Assembly: GCA_030427205.1 (NCBI GenBank)
Contig: JAUHXC010000013.1
Coordinates: forward strand, 70,413-134,412
Reading direction: 5' to 3'
DNA length: 64,000 nt
Source: a bacterium
GTDB lineage: Bacteria; Myxococcota_A; Bradymonadia; UBA7976; UBA1532
Shown here piece by piece: positions 25,173 to 36,119 of the stretch (within the stretch, counting starts at the first letter, position 1; the number at the start of each line of letters is the position of its first letter). The position numbers and the translations under genes were made by a program. The notes below the pieces were generated by a model, which worked only from the letters and a program-made list of their open reading frames with translations, did no database searches and had not been told where the DNA came from.

Positions 25173-25343
25173 GACCGGCCCCGGATCACCCGAGCGGGGG
25201 CGGCCGGCTCGATCGGACCACGTCAGCAGGCGTCGGCTCTCTGGTGCATCGTCCATCACTTGTGGTGAGTAGCGCACCGGTCTGGATGGTGCAAGATGCA
25301 TCAGCCCGTCTCGCGAGGCCCGTCGGCATGCGGCCTGCCGCCC

Positions 25344-25359
25344 TGGCACGGCGGTTGCT
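25344..25359 (+). promoter_or_regulatory. sigma-54 (-24/-12) promoter TGGCACGGCGGTTGCT upstream of rtcB
   Basis: Exact match to the TGGCAC-N5-TTGC consensus with correct GG/GC spacing, 45 nt upstream of the rtcB ATG (RBS TTGGAG). Confidence 0.8.
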
Positions 25360-25403
25360 GACAACCTTGACCGTCTGCGTTCGTTCCTCTTGGAGTCTTC
25401 GTC

Positions 25404-26747
25404 ATGTCGCTCGACCACACGCCCCGCGCCGCGCCCACCCCCGCTCACCTGGAGACCTCCATGAACCCTCACGACACCGTCGGCGCGCGCGCGCCGGTCC
25501 ACCCCTCGGCCACCGGCCTGCCGCCCAACGCGCGGATCCTGGCGGGGCCCGATGTCTGGCTCGAGTCCCGGGCCGTCGAGCAGCTGGCCCGGGTCGCCGC
25601 GCTGCCCGCGTGCCGCTGCGCCGTCGGCCTGCCCGATCTGCACCCCGGCCGAGGCATACCCATCGGCGCCGCGTTCGACTTCGACGGCGAGGTCCGCCCG
25701 CGGCTGGTCGGCGGCGACGCCGGCTGCGGCGTGCGCCTCGTGGCCATCAAGAAGCTCAAGCACAAGGGCGACAGCCTGCTGCGGCGGCTCGCGGATGTGA
25801 TGCACGGCCCGGCCCTGCCCGCCTGCGACGACCGCGCCCTGCTGGCCGCCGTCTGGCGCGCCGGACCCGCCGGCCTGGCCGAGGTCGAGGGCGTGCCCGA
25901 CGCGCTCGCGGCGCTCGCCGCCACCGAGGCGGCCGATCCGGCGCCGAGCGACGACGACGGGCCCCTCGCCGCGCCGTGGCGGCCCAGCTTCGCCGAGCAG
26001 CTGGGCACCATCGGCGGCGGCAATCACTTCGTCGAGCTCAGCCGCGTCGACCGGGTCGTCGACAAGGCCACCGCCCGCGGGCTGGGCCTGACCGCGGGCG
26101 GCTGGGCGGTGGTGGCCCACTCCGGCTCCCGCGGGCTGGGCGGGCACATCGCCGGGCTGTACGACGAGACGCCGCTGGTCGACGGCCCCGCGCTGCGCAC
26201 CTATCTCGCCCGGCTGCGCGGCGCACTGAACTACGCCCGGGCCAATCGGCTCGTCCTCGTGTGGCGGCTGCTCGACGCCTTGGGCGCCGCCCGCGCGAGC
26301 CGCATCTCGGGCGGGTTCGACCTGATCCACAACACCGTGCTCCCGCTCGCGCCGGGCCGCTGGCTGCACCGCAAGGGCGCCGCGCCCGCCGCGGCCGGCG
26401 AGCCGACGATCGTGCTCGGCAGCCGCGGCACGCCGAGCTGGGTCATGCGGGGCTGCGGTCGGGCCGAGACGCTGTGCTCGGTGGCCCACGGCGCCGGTCG
26501 CAAGATGGGGCGCTCCGAGGCGGTGGCCAAGCTGCGCGGCAAGCACGACCGCCGCACGCTCAACCGCACCGCCACCGGCGGGCACGTCTTCTGCGACGAC
26601 GCGCGGCTGCTGCTGGCCGAGCACCCCGACGCCTACAAGCCCATCGAGCCCGTCGTCGCGGCCATCGAGGCCGCCGACGCCGCGCGGCGGGTGGCGGCGC
26701 TGGTGCCCTACGCCAACTTCAAGACCGGCGGCGGCCGGAGGGACTGA
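25404..26747 (+). CDS. rtcB: RtcB-family RNA 3'-phosphate/2',3'-cyclic phosphate ligase (RtcB2-like, paired with PrfH)
   Basis: Conserved RtcB segments are present: PDLHPGRG, GGDAGCGV, IGGGNHFVE, and HSGSRGLG. Confidence 0.9.
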   Translation: MSLDHTPRAAPTPAHLETSMNPHDTVGARAPVHPSATGLPPNARILAGPDVWLESRAVEQLARVAALPACRCAVGLPDLHPGRGIPIGAAFDFDGEVRPRLVGGDAGCGVRLVAIKKLKHKGDSLLRRLADVMHGPALPACDDRALLAAVWRAGPAGLAEVEGVPDALAALAATEAADPAPSDDDGPLAAPWRPSFAEQLGTIGGGNHFVELSRVDRVVDKATARGLGLTAGGWAVVAHSGSRGLGGHIAGLYDETPLVDGPALRTYLARLRGALNYARANRLVLVWRLLDALGAARASRISGGFDLIHNTVLPLAPGRWLHRKGAAPAAAGEPTIVLGSRGTPSWVMRGCGRAETLCSVAHGAGRKMGRSEAVAKLRGKHDRRTLNRTATGGHVFCDDARLLLAEHPDAYKPIEPVVAAIEAADAARRVAALVPYANFKTGGGRRD

Positions 26748-26749
26748 TC

Positions 26750-27370
26750 ATGCGCCGGCGCAACCCGATCGGCCGCGCGCTGGGCGAGCGGTCGCGCGAC
26801 CACGATCTTCAGCGGGCGACCGGTCCGCTGGTCCGCTTCCTGCGCAGTCGAGCCGGCCGCCGGTGGAGCGCCGTGCACAGCGAGCTCTGTCGCTCGCTGC
26901 CGCCGGGCAAGATCGGCGATCAGCTGCGCGAGCTGGTCTGTGACTTCGTCACGACGGACGTCGAGCGGCGTGCCGGCGTCCCGGGCGTCTTCGATCGTGG
27001 CGGCCGATGCCCGCTCTACAGCTGGCCGAGCCGTGGCTGGGGGGTGAAGTTCTACGCCGACCCGACGGACGGCACGCTGCGGGAGGCCCCGCCGCCGCCG
27101 CCCGAGCCCGCCGTGCCCGAACCCATCACCCGGATCGATCGCGGAGACGGGCTGCTCTACCTCAAAGACAATGGCATCTGGTACGCCGCCCAGCTGCGGC
27201 CCGTGCCCCGTGGGCGACCGCCGCTCGACCAGTGGCTGCGCGCGGCGGCCGATGCCAAGAGCGCCGATCGCCGACGCGCCCTGTACGGCCGCGGCCGACA
27301 CTACGCCGTCTGCAAACGCCAGCTCGATCGCCGGACGCTGCGGCGGGCCGGCTTGGAGAACGACCGATGA
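26750..27370 (+). CDS. hypothetical protein (206 aa) inserted between rtcB and prfH
   Basis: Translationally coupled on both sides: 2-nt gap after the rtcB stop, and an ATGA overlap with prfH. GC3-rich. No recognisable motif. Confidence 0.5.
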   Translation: MRRRNPIGRALGERSRDHDLQRATGPLVRFLRSRAGRRWSAVHSELCRSLPPGKIGDQLRELVCDFVTTDVERRAGVPGVFDRGGRCPLYSWPSRGWGVKFYADPTDGTLREAPPPPPEPAVPEPITRIDRGDGLLYLKDNGIWYAAQLRPVPRGRPPLDQWLRAAADAKSADRRRALYGRGRHYAVCKRQLDRRTLRRAGLENDR

Positions 27371-27987
27371 CCACCCTGATCCAGATCAGCGCCGGCACCG
27401 GCCCGGTGGAGGTCCGGCGCTTCGTCGCCCGGCTGGCCACGCCGCTGCGCATCGCGCTCGATGACGCCGGCTGCCCGATCGACGCCGAGATCCGCCACGG
27501 CGACGCGGACGCGCCGCGGTCGCTGGCGTTCGTGCTGGACGGCGTCGAGCCCGACGCGCCCGTCTTTCGACCGTGGCTCGGCACCCACTGTCGGATCGAT
27601 ACCAGCCGCGGGCGCGGCGCGCGCAAGCGATGGTATGTCGGGGTATCGGCGATTCGCTGGCCCAGCGGGACGCCGCCGACGCTCGACCCGGCCGATCTCG
27701 ACGTCACAGCGTGCCGCGCGGGCGGGCCGGGCGGGCAGCACGTCAACAAGAGCGAGACCGCCGTGCGCATCGTGCACCGGCCCACGGGCCTGCAGGTGCG
27801 CGCCGATCGCGAACGCAGTCGGGCGGCCAACCACCGCGCTGCCGAGCACCGCCTCGCGTCGCTGCTCGAGATGCGCGCGGTCGGGCGCGAGGCGCGGGCC
27901 CGGGATGCCGCATGGCGGGCACACCACCACCTCGAGCGTGGTCGCCCGGTCATGACCTGGCGCGGTGTGCCTTTGCAGCGGATCTGA
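27367..27987 (+). CDS. prfH: peptide chain release factor H-like protein (PrfH; GGQ peptidyl-tRNA hydrolase domain, lacks RF domain 1)
   Basis: GGQ motif in GGPGGQHVNKSETAVRIVHRPTGL. The ~206-aa size and the position next to rtcB match the RtcB2-PrfH ribosome-repair pair. Confidence 0.8.
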   Translation: MTTLIQISAGTGPVEVRRFVARLATPLRIALDDAGCPIDAEIRHGDADAPRSLAFVLDGVEPDAPVFRPWLGTHCRIDTSRGRGARKRWYVGVSAIRWPSGTPPTLDPADLDVTACRAGGPGGQHVNKSETAVRIVHRPTGLQVRADRERSRAANHRAAEHRLASLLEMRAVGREARARDAAWRAHHHLERGRPVMTWRGVPLQRI

Positions 27988-28026
27988 AGCCGCGCTGGAG
28001 AGCCCGGGCGGTGCGTTCTTCGGCGA

Positions 28027-28575
28027 TCAGAGCTTGCGCACGGTGTCGCCGACCGCGATGGCGCCGCCCTTCACCGTACGGGCGTAGACCCCGCGCAGCC
28101 GCAGCGCCCGGCCCGCCTCACTGTTGACGAAGAGCATCGCCGGCATGCCGTAGCGCTGGACGAACTTCTTGCAGCCGGTGTGCGCCTTGGGGGTGATCTC
28201 GATGACCGCCTCGCCCACCTGCAAGCGGGCGCCCACCGGCAGGTTGTCTTCGGCGAGGTCGAGGTCGACGTAGAGCTGGTCCCCGGCGAGCGCCCAGCGG
28301 TCTTCGCTGCCGGCGATCAGCTGCGCGAGCCGGGTATTGATCAGCGTCAGCTCGGCGTCGGGGTTCACGTCGCGGCCTTTGGCGACGTAGCGCTCGCGCC
28401 AGTTGTCGCCCTCGAGGCCGGCCTCGACGAGCAAGTGCCCCTGTTCGAGCGTCTCGCGGGCCTCGACCGTCGGCCGGCGCACGATCATCCGCAATGTGCC
28501 GCCGTCGGCCGGTGCGGCCTTGATGTGGGTCAGGCCTCTCTCGAGGGCGTCGGCGTCGAGGTGCGAGTCGGACAT
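28027..28575 (-). CDS. MOSC domain-containing protein
   Basis: MOSC beta-barrel signature with a conserved Cys (..KAHTGCKKF..). 182 aa. Confidence 0.75.
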   Translation of the reverse strand: MSDSHLDADALERGLTHIKAAPADGGTLRMIVRRPTVEARETLEQGHLLVEAGLEGDNWRERYVAKGRDVNPDAELTLINTRLAQLIAGSEDRWALAGDQLYVDLDLAEDNLPVGARLQVGEAVIEITPKAHTGCKKFVQRYGMPAMLFVNSEAGRALRLRGVYARTVKGGAIAVGDTVRKL

Positions 28576-28699
28576 GGGCTGCTCCAGGGGTGGCGTTCGA
28601 CCGGATGACCGTAGATGACTCCGCCGGCAGTGCCAATACGGTTGCGTTGGCCGGGGCCGTCGATGTCATGTCAGTGCTGTCATGGGTGTGATGTGTGCT

Positions 28700-28745
28700 G
28701 TATGGCATATGGCACATGGTGCATGGCATATGCCATCTGCCATGC
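28700..28745. promoter_or_regulatory. cluster of TGGCA/CATATG palindromes (tatGGCAtatGGCAcatggtgcatGGCATATGCCatctGCCAtgcc); the minus strand reads TGGCATATGCCATGCA, a sigma-54-like -24/-12 element facing the MOSC gene
   Basis: Seen directly in the sequence. It contains a 10-bp perfect palindrome GGCATATGCC and five copies of TGGCA within 45 nt. Confidence 0.4.
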
Positions 28746-28754
28746 CCGGATATG

Positions 28755-29477
28755 TCAGCGCGCCGGCTCGCCCCGGCGCATCTCCTGCAGCCCGACCTGC
28801 ATCGCCTCGCGGACCCGATCGCGCAGGGCCTCGACCTCCAGACCGTCGCTGGCGATCGGCGGCAGGAAACGCACCCGGGCCAGGCCGGGGTGGGTGACCG
28901 CCGAGCCCAGCGGGTGCAGCTCGTGGGCGCCGTCGATGAGCATCACGACCACCGGCGCCCCGCTCGCCTTGGCGATGTGAAAGGCGCCCTTCTTGAACGG
29001 CAGCAGCTCGCCGCCGCGACCGCGGGTGCCCTCGGGCGCGATGATGACCGTCAGCCGTTCGCGGGCCATGCGCGCGGTCGCGCGGTCGAGCACCCGCTTG
29101 GCCTTGTCGGTGTGCCCGCGGTCGATGAGCAGAAAACCCAGCGCCCACAACGCGACGCCGACCAGCGGGATGCGCAGCACCTCGCGCTTGATGCACGGCA
29201 CGCCGCCGCTGGGCTGCACCGCGGTGACCAGCATGGCATCGAGCAGCGAGGAGTGATTGAAGACCATCACCCGCATCTCGCGGCTGCTGGCGTGCTGCCA
29301 GCCCTCGACCCGCAGCTCGACCCGCTGGATGAACAGCATCACCCGGGCCCAGATCCGCAGAAACGCGGGCGTCAGCCAGGCGGAGAAGCGGCCGAGCGTC
29401 AGCAGGGAGACCGTGATGGCCAGGACCGCCCAGGCGAAGGTGAAGCCCCAGCCGAAGACGAATTGCACGCCGGTCAT
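28755..29477 (-). CDS. plsC: 1-acyl-sn-glycerol-3-phosphate acyltransferase (PlsC family)
   Basis: HX4D motif (FNHSSLLD) and an APEGTR motif. ATG at 29477 is followed by a TM helix. Confidence 0.8.
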   Translation of the reverse strand: MTGVQFVFGWGFTFAWAVLAITVSLLTLGRFSAWLTPAFLRIWARVMLFIQRVELRVEGWQHASSREMRVMVFNHSSLLDAMLVTAVQPSGGVPCIKREVLRIPLVGVALWALGFLLIDRGHTDKAKRVLDRATARMARERLTVIIAPEGTRGRGGELLPFKKGAFHIAKASGAPVVVMLIDGAHELHPLGSAVTHPGLARVRFLPPIASDGLEVEALRDRVREAMQVGLQEMRRGEPAR

Positions 29478-29697
29478 GAACCAGCCGATGCGGGCCCGGG
29501 CGCCGGCGCGCGGCAGGGGGTCGCGCTCGGCGGAGACCGAGGCGGACTGTGCCGATGGCGATGGGGCGGACGAGGATTTGATGACGGGGCCTCCGGCGCG
29601 AGCGGGGCCATCCTGCCCGAAGCGTACGGCTCGATCCACCGTCAACGCCCCACAAACGGACGCGGCGCGTGGGGGGCGGGGATGGTACAACACGGCC

Positions 29698-30858
<1,161 letters not shown>

Positions 30859-30896
30859 GGGCGTCGCGAGCGCACCGGCAGCAGAGGGGGGACCGT

Positions 30897-32231
30897 ATGG
30901 CCCGAACCGAGATACCCGGCGCCGGGGGCGCCTGGGCCCACGCTCTGCCGCTGGCGCGGGATCCGATCGGGCTCGCGAATCGGCTGCGCGACCAGGGGCC
31001 CGTCGTGCCGATGAAGGTCGGCTGGGCCCGCATCTTCCTGCTCAACGCCCCGGCGGCGGTTCGCCGGGTGCTGGTGGACAACGTCGGGCCCTACCGCAAG
31101 CGGACCCGGGGCTACGACAAGCTGCGCATGAGCCTGGGCAACGGGCTGGTGACCAGCGAGGGGGACTTCTGGCTGCGGCAGCGGCGCATCGCGCAGCCGG
31201 CCTTTCGCAAGAAGGCCCTGGCCGGTTTCGCCGGGATCATGGCGCGCCGCGCGCTGCACACCGCCGATCGTCTGGCCGAGCGGGCGCAGCAGGGCCCCGT
31301 CGACGTCGTCGGGCCGCTCAACCGCATGGCCCTCGAGATCGTCGCCGAGGCGCTGTTCGGGGCCGAGGTCGACGGGCTCGCCGACGACATCGAGCGCGGG
31401 GTCAGCGATCTGGTCGAGCCGTTCTGGCTCTACACCACCGCGCTGTATCCGCGCCCGGAGCTCGTGCCGCGGCCGCTCAACTGGCGCTTCTGGCGCAGTC
31501 GCCGGGCGATGCGCCGCGCCATGCGGCGACTGGTCACCGAGGCCCGCCGCCGACCCGACGACGCGCGGGATCTGATCTCGATGCTGATGACCGCGCGCGA
31601 TCCCGAGACGGGCGAAGCGATGAGCGACGCCCAGCTCATCGACGAGGGGCTCACGCTCGTCGGCGCGGGGCACGAGACGACCGCCAACGCGATGGCGTTC
31701 GGGCTCGATCTGCTCGCCCGGCACCCGGCGGTGGTCGAGCGGGTGGCCGCGGAGGTCGATGAGGTCCTCGGCGACGCCGCGGGACCCGACGCCGGGCAGA
31801 TCCTGGCGCTGCGCTATACCCGGCAGGTCGTCGACGAGATCTTGAGGCTGCATCCGCCGGTCTGGATGCTCGCCCGCAGCGTGCACGAGGACGACGTGCT
31901 GTGCGACGTGCCGATCCCGGCGAGGTCGTACGTGCTGGTCTCGGTCTACAGCATCCACCGTGACCCGGCGCTGTGGACCGATCCCGAGCGGTTCGATCCC
32001 GATCGCTTCGCGCCGGACGCGCCGACGCCCGATCGCGGCGCGTATCTGCCCTTCAGCCGCGGGCGCCGGCAGTGTATCGGCGATCGCTTCGCGTTGATGG
32101 AGGCCGTCTGCGCCCTCGGTCTGCTCTGTCGACGGTTCACCATGGCGCCCGACGGGCCGCCGCCGGTGCTCAAGCCGGCGCTGACCCTGCGCACGCGGGG
32201 GCCGATCCGGGTGCGCCTGACGCCGCGCTGA
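30897..32231 (+). CDS. cytochrome P450
   Basis: Heme-binding loop FSRGRRQCIGDRFA, an EXXR motif, and the I-helix motif AGHETT. Confidence 0.9.
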   Translation: MARTEIPGAGGAWAHALPLARDPIGLANRLRDQGPVVPMKVGWARIFLLNAPAAVRRVLVDNVGPYRKRTRGYDKLRMSLGNGLVTSEGDFWLRQRRIAQPAFRKKALAGFAGIMARRALHTADRLAERAQQGPVDVVGPLNRMALEIVAEALFGAEVDGLADDIERGVSDLVEPFWLYTTALYPRPELVPRPLNWRFWRSRRAMRRAMRRLVTEARRRPDDARDLISMLMTARDPETGEAMSDAQLIDEGLTLVGAGHETTANAMAFGLDLLARHPAVVERVAAEVDEVLGDAAGPDAGQILALRYTRQVVDEILRLHPPVWMLARSVHEDDVLCDVPIPARSYVLVSVYSIHRDPALWTDPERFDPDRFAPDAPTPDRGAYLPFSRGRRQCIGDRFALMEAVCALGLLCRRFTMAPDGPPPVLKPALTLRTRGPIRVRLTPR

Positions 32232-32358
32232 CCGGCGAGTCTGCGGCTGCAGGCGGTCGGCGGCCGAGCCATCCGCGCATTGCCGTCCGGTGCGTCGCGG
32301 ATTCTGCGGCGGGATGGCGCGTGGGACCATGACGGTCTGCCGACGAGGCCGCGGGGGG

Positions 32359-34521
32359 ATGCCGACGACCATGGTTCAGCAGAACGCTTCTGTCGCGCGC
32401 GGATCCTCGGGGCTGCTCGTCGCGTTGTGGGCGGTCTCCTGCGTCGCCGTCCTGGTGGCGGCCTGCGATACCCCCGACCGCGGGCGCACGGCGCCGAAAG
32501 CCGAGGCCGGTCGCATCGCGCTGAGCGACTGGTCGTTCGCCGACGAGGGCAGCGTTCCGCTGGACGGGCAGTGGCATTTCACCTGGGACGCCCTGGTACC
32601 GCCCGGCCAGCCGCTGCCGCAGACGATCGAGATGCCGGTGCCCGGGCCCTGGACCGCCGGCACCATCGACGGCGCGCCGGTGCCCAGCTATGGCTGGGGG
32701 ACCTACCGGGTCATCATCGATCTGCCGCCCGGCGAGCGGCTGCTGGCCCTGGACCTGCCCGCCATCCGCACCGCATTCAGGCTCTACGTCGACGGCGAAC
32801 TCGCCGCCCGCGCCGGCCAGCTCAGCGACGCCCAGGGTGAGGTCTATCCGGCCTATGCGCCGCAGATCGTCTACATCGACATCGATCGCCCGCAGGTCGA
32901 GCTGACCCTGCAGGTGGCCAATCAGCACCATCGCAGCGGCGGCATCACCCACTCGCTGATGCTGGGCGAGCCGCCGGTGGTCGTCGACGCGGCCATCCGG
33001 CGGGCGGGCAGCGACTGGCTGCTGGTGGGCGCCATCTTCGTGATGGCCATCTATCACCTGGGCCTCTTCGCCGTGCGCCGCCAGGAGCGGGCGGCGATGT
33101 ACTTCGCGGTGTACTGCGTGCTCGTCTGCAACCGGCTGCTCCTCACCGGCGACATGGCGTTCTTCCACGTCTTCCCCGAGGCCGATCTGCGCTATGTGCT
33201 GCGCTTCGAGTACATCACGTTCGTGCTCATCGGCCCGCCGTTCTGTCTGTTTCTGGCGTCGCTGTACCCGCGCACATGGCATCGGCGCGTGCTGCGCGGC
33301 ATCGTCGGGCTCACCGGGCTGATGGTCATCGCCTTTCTGGTGGTGCCGCTGTCGGTGATGACCCGGATGCTGGTGCCGGTGCAGATGGTCATCGCGGCGG
33401 GCGTGCTCTACACCGGCTACAGCCTCTTCCGGGCGATCTATCTGCGGCTGGACGGGGCAGTGCTGTTCACCGCGGGCTTCCTGGCCCAATCGGTGACGGT
33501 CGTCAACGACATGCTGTACTTCAACGGCGTCTCCCCGGTGGGGCCGCTGGCGGTCTACGGCGCGTTCATCTTCATCACCTTGCAGACGATGGTCCTCTCG
33601 CGGCGCTTCGCGGGGGCCTACTCGATGGCCGAGAGCTACGCCTCGACGTTCCGCAAGTTCGTGCCGACGCAGTTCTTGCGGCGCATCGCCAAGGAGGGCC
33701 TCGAGTCGATCCGACTGGGCAACGTCGAAGCGGTCGACATCAGCATCCTCTTCAGCGACATCCGCTCGTTCACGACGATCTCCGAGCGCATGGGGCCCGA
33801 CGAGGTCTTCGCGATGCTCAACGGCTACCTCTCGCGCATGGAGCCGCCGATCCAGGCGCAGGGCGGCTTCGTCGACAAGTACATCGGCGACGCGATCATG
33901 GCGCTCTTCGACCACGAGACCCGCCCCGACGGGGCGCGCAGCGCGGTCGAGGCGGCGCTGGGCATGCTCGATGTGCTCGCCGCCTACAACGCCGAGCAGG
34001 CCGCCGCCGGCCGCCCGCCGTTCGAGACCGGCATCGGGATCCACAGCGGCGAGGTCATGATCGGCACCGTCGGCAGCGATCAGCGCATGGACTCGACCGC
34101 CATCGGCGACGCGGTCAACCTCGCCGCGCGCATCGAGGGCATGACCAAGATGTACGACGCCGATCTGCTGGTCAGCGAGGATACCGTCGCGGCCCTCGGC
34201 ACGGCCGACACCGACTATCTGGTGCGCTTCATCGACCGGGTGCGGGTGAAGGGCAAGCAGAAGCCGGTGGCGGTCTGGCAGGTGCTCGGCCGCGCGGGAG
34301 ACCCACGACTGGCCCAGGTCGAGCCGCACCTGCCGATCTACGCCGAGGCGCTCGAACGCTACCTCGCGCGGGACTTCGAGGTCGCCGCGGCCGCGTTGAA
34401 GCGCTTCCTCGCGGCGGTGCCCGACGATACCGCCGCCGCGCTGCACCTCGACCGCTGCCAGCAGTTCGCCGGCGGCATCGACGATGACTGGGATGGCGTC
34501 GTCAGCCTCTCGACGAAGTGA
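32359..34521 (+). CDS. 7TM-DISM-type receptor adenylate/guanylate cyclase (extracellular 7TMR-DISMED2 domain + 7 TM + class III cyclase)
   Basis: An N-terminal signal/TM helix is followed by a periplasmic domain, seven hydrophobic helices, and a C-terminal cyclase homology domain (FSDIRSFT...KYIGDAIMA...GIHSGEV). Confidence 0.8.
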   Translation: MPTTMVQQNASVARGSSGLLVALWAVSCVAVLVAACDTPDRGRTAPKAEAGRIALSDWSFADEGSVPLDGQWHFTWDALVPPGQPLPQTIEMPVPGPWTAGTIDGAPVPSYGWGTYRVIIDLPPGERLLALDLPAIRTAFRLYVDGELAARAGQLSDAQGEVYPAYAPQIVYIDIDRPQVELTLQVANQHHRSGGITHSLMLGEPPVVVDAAIRRAGSDWLLVGAIFVMAIYHLGLFAVRRQERAAMYFAVYCVLVCNRLLLTGDMAFFHVFPEADLRYVLRFEYITFVLIGPPFCLFLASLYPRTWHRRVLRGIVGLTGLMVIAFLVVPLSVMTRMLVPVQMVIAAGVLYTGYSLFRAIYLRLDGAVLFTAGFLAQSVTVVNDMLYFNGVSPVGPLAVYGAFIFITLQTMVLSRRFAGAYSMAESYASTFRKFVPTQFLRRIAKEGLESIRLGNVEAVDISILFSDIRSFTTISERMGPDEVFAMLNGYLSRMEPPIQAQGGFVDKYIGDAIMALFDHETRPDGARSAVEAALGMLDVLAAYNAEQAAAGRPPFETGIGIHSGEVMIGTVGSDQRMDSTAIGDAVNLAARIEGMTKMYDADLLVSEDTVAALGTADTDYLVRFIDRVRVKGKQKPVAVWQVLGRAGDPRLAQVEPHLPIYAEALERYLARDFEVAAAALKRFLAAVPDDTAAALHLDRCQQFAGGIDDDWDGVVSLSTK

Positions 34522-34536
34522 GCCGGGCGCCGGGCA

Positions 34537-35934
34537 TCAGAGGCCGCGCTCGAGCGTGCCCATGACCCGGCGGAACCCATCGACGATCGCGTCTTCGGCC
34601 GGGTGGCGGCCCTCGCTGACGATGGCCTCGCCGGCGACCCAGGCGCTGCGCACGGCCCGCGGGGTCATACCGAGGCACAGGTCGGCGAGCAGCGTGCCGG
34701 CCCGCGTGCCGGCGAGCGCCGGATCGCGCAGGTCGAGGGCGATCATGTCGGCCGGATGACCCGGGGCGAGCGCGCCGCAGTCGAGCCCCAGGCTGCGGGC
34801 GCCGTTCTCGTTGGCCATGGGCCACAGCACGTCGGCCGTATGCCGTCGGCCGTCGCGCTCGTCGGCGTGATGGGCCAGCACGTTGCGCCGCTCGTGTCGC
34901 AGGCGCAGGTTGTTCTCGATCTGGCTCAGCTCGCTCCACGGGTCGATGCGCGACTGGCCATCGCTGCCGATGGCGATGTGCGCCCGCCTGGCGAGCAGCT
35001 CGCCCGCCGGCAGGATGCCATCGCCGAGGTTGGCCTCGGTCAGCGGGCAGGCGACGATGCTCGGCCCGCGCTCCTCGATGAGATCGAGCGCCCGCCGATC
35101 GAGGTGGGTCGCGTGCACCAGGCTGCTGCGGGTATTGAGCAGGCCCTCGTCGGCGATGACCTCGACGGGCAGCCGACCGTACTCGGCCTTGCACGCCTCG
35201 AGCTCCGCCCGCTGCTCGCAGGCGTGGATGTGAACCGGCAGCTTCATGATCTTCTGGTGCTCGCTGATCGACCACAGCCACTTGCCGGTCACCGCCCGCA
35301 CGCTGTGTGGCGCCATGCCGATCTCGACCCGCGGCTCGTGGCGCCAGGCCGCGTCGAGCGCGGTGACGGCGCCCAGGTAGCGATAGACGTCGCTGTCGAT
35401 GAAGCGGCGCTGCAGCGGATCGGGCGCCTTGCGAAAGCCGGCGCGCCCGTAGGCCACCCGCAGCAGGGTGATGCGCAGCCCGACCTTGCGCGCGGCGGCG
35501 ATGACCCGGTGGGCGAGGGTGTTCGGGTCGTCGTAGGGCGTGCCATCGGGCTGATGGTGCAGATAGTGGAACTCGCCGACGGTCGTGATGCCGGCGCGGG
35601 CCATCTCGAGGAAGGCCATCGCCGAGACCGCCTCGACCTGTTCGGGGTCGAGGGCGTTGGCCATGCGGTACATGACCTCGCGCCAACTCCAGAAGTCGTC
35701 TTGGCCCGCGGTGAGGTGCTCGGCCCGGCCGCGCAGCGCCCGTTGGAACGCGTGGCTGTGGGCGTTGACGACCCCCGGGACCAGCGCCGTTTCGCCGTGG
35801 TCGACGGCGTTGGCGTGGCGCGCCGCGTCATGGGGTCCCACGGCGACGACGCGCCCGTCGTCGATCGAGACCACGCCGTCTTCGATGACATCCCGATGAC
35901 AGACGACGAAGCGGGCGCGGTGATGGGTCGCCAT
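34537..35934 (-). CDS. amidohydrolase-family deaminase (formimidoylglutamate deiminase/HutF- or guanine-deaminase-like)
   Basis: Metal-binding HSH (NAHSHAFQR), HxH...H...D spacing, and an ATG with a GGAGA RBS. The N-extension in the track is rejected. Confidence 0.75.
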   Translation of the reverse strand: MATHHRARFVVCHRDVIEDGVVSIDDGRVVAVGPHDAARHANAVDHGETALVPGVVNAHSHAFQRALRGRAEHLTAGQDDFWSWREVMYRMANALDPEQVEAVSAMAFLEMARAGITTVGEFHYLHHQPDGTPYDDPNTLAHRVIAAARKVGLRITLLRVAYGRAGFRKAPDPLQRRFIDSDVYRYLGAVTALDAAWRHEPRVEIGMAPHSVRAVTGKWLWSISEHQKIMKLPVHIHACEQRAELEACKAEYGRLPVEVIADEGLLNTRSSLVHATHLDRRALDLIEERGPSIVACPLTEANLGDGILPAGELLARRAHIAIGSDGQSRIDPWSELSQIENNLRLRHERRNVLAHHADERDGRRHTADVLWPMANENGARSLGLDCGALAPGHPADMIALDLRDPALAGTRAGTLLADLCLGMTPRAVRSAWVAGEAIVSEGRHPAEDAIVDGFRRVMGTLERGL

Positions 35935-36119
35935 GGGCTGTCTCCGAGCGAGGGCGCAAGCGCTGCGCTCGTCGAGGATACCGTGAAGCCACCCGACCTG
36001 CATTGCCGGATGGGTGATTCGCGCGGTTGTTGCCGCCCCGCTGACGGCTTCGCCGAGATCGAGCACCCCGCCGAGCGGCCCGGTTGATCGGGGCCGGGGG
36101 CTGGGGCAGGCTGTCGGCC

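Noticed and set aside
25173-26624. N-terminal extension of rtcR through the rtcB promoter and into rtcB
   Set aside because: Arg-rich and overlaps rtcB on the opposite strand. RtcR homologues begin at the CARF-like domain (MRLITAG...).
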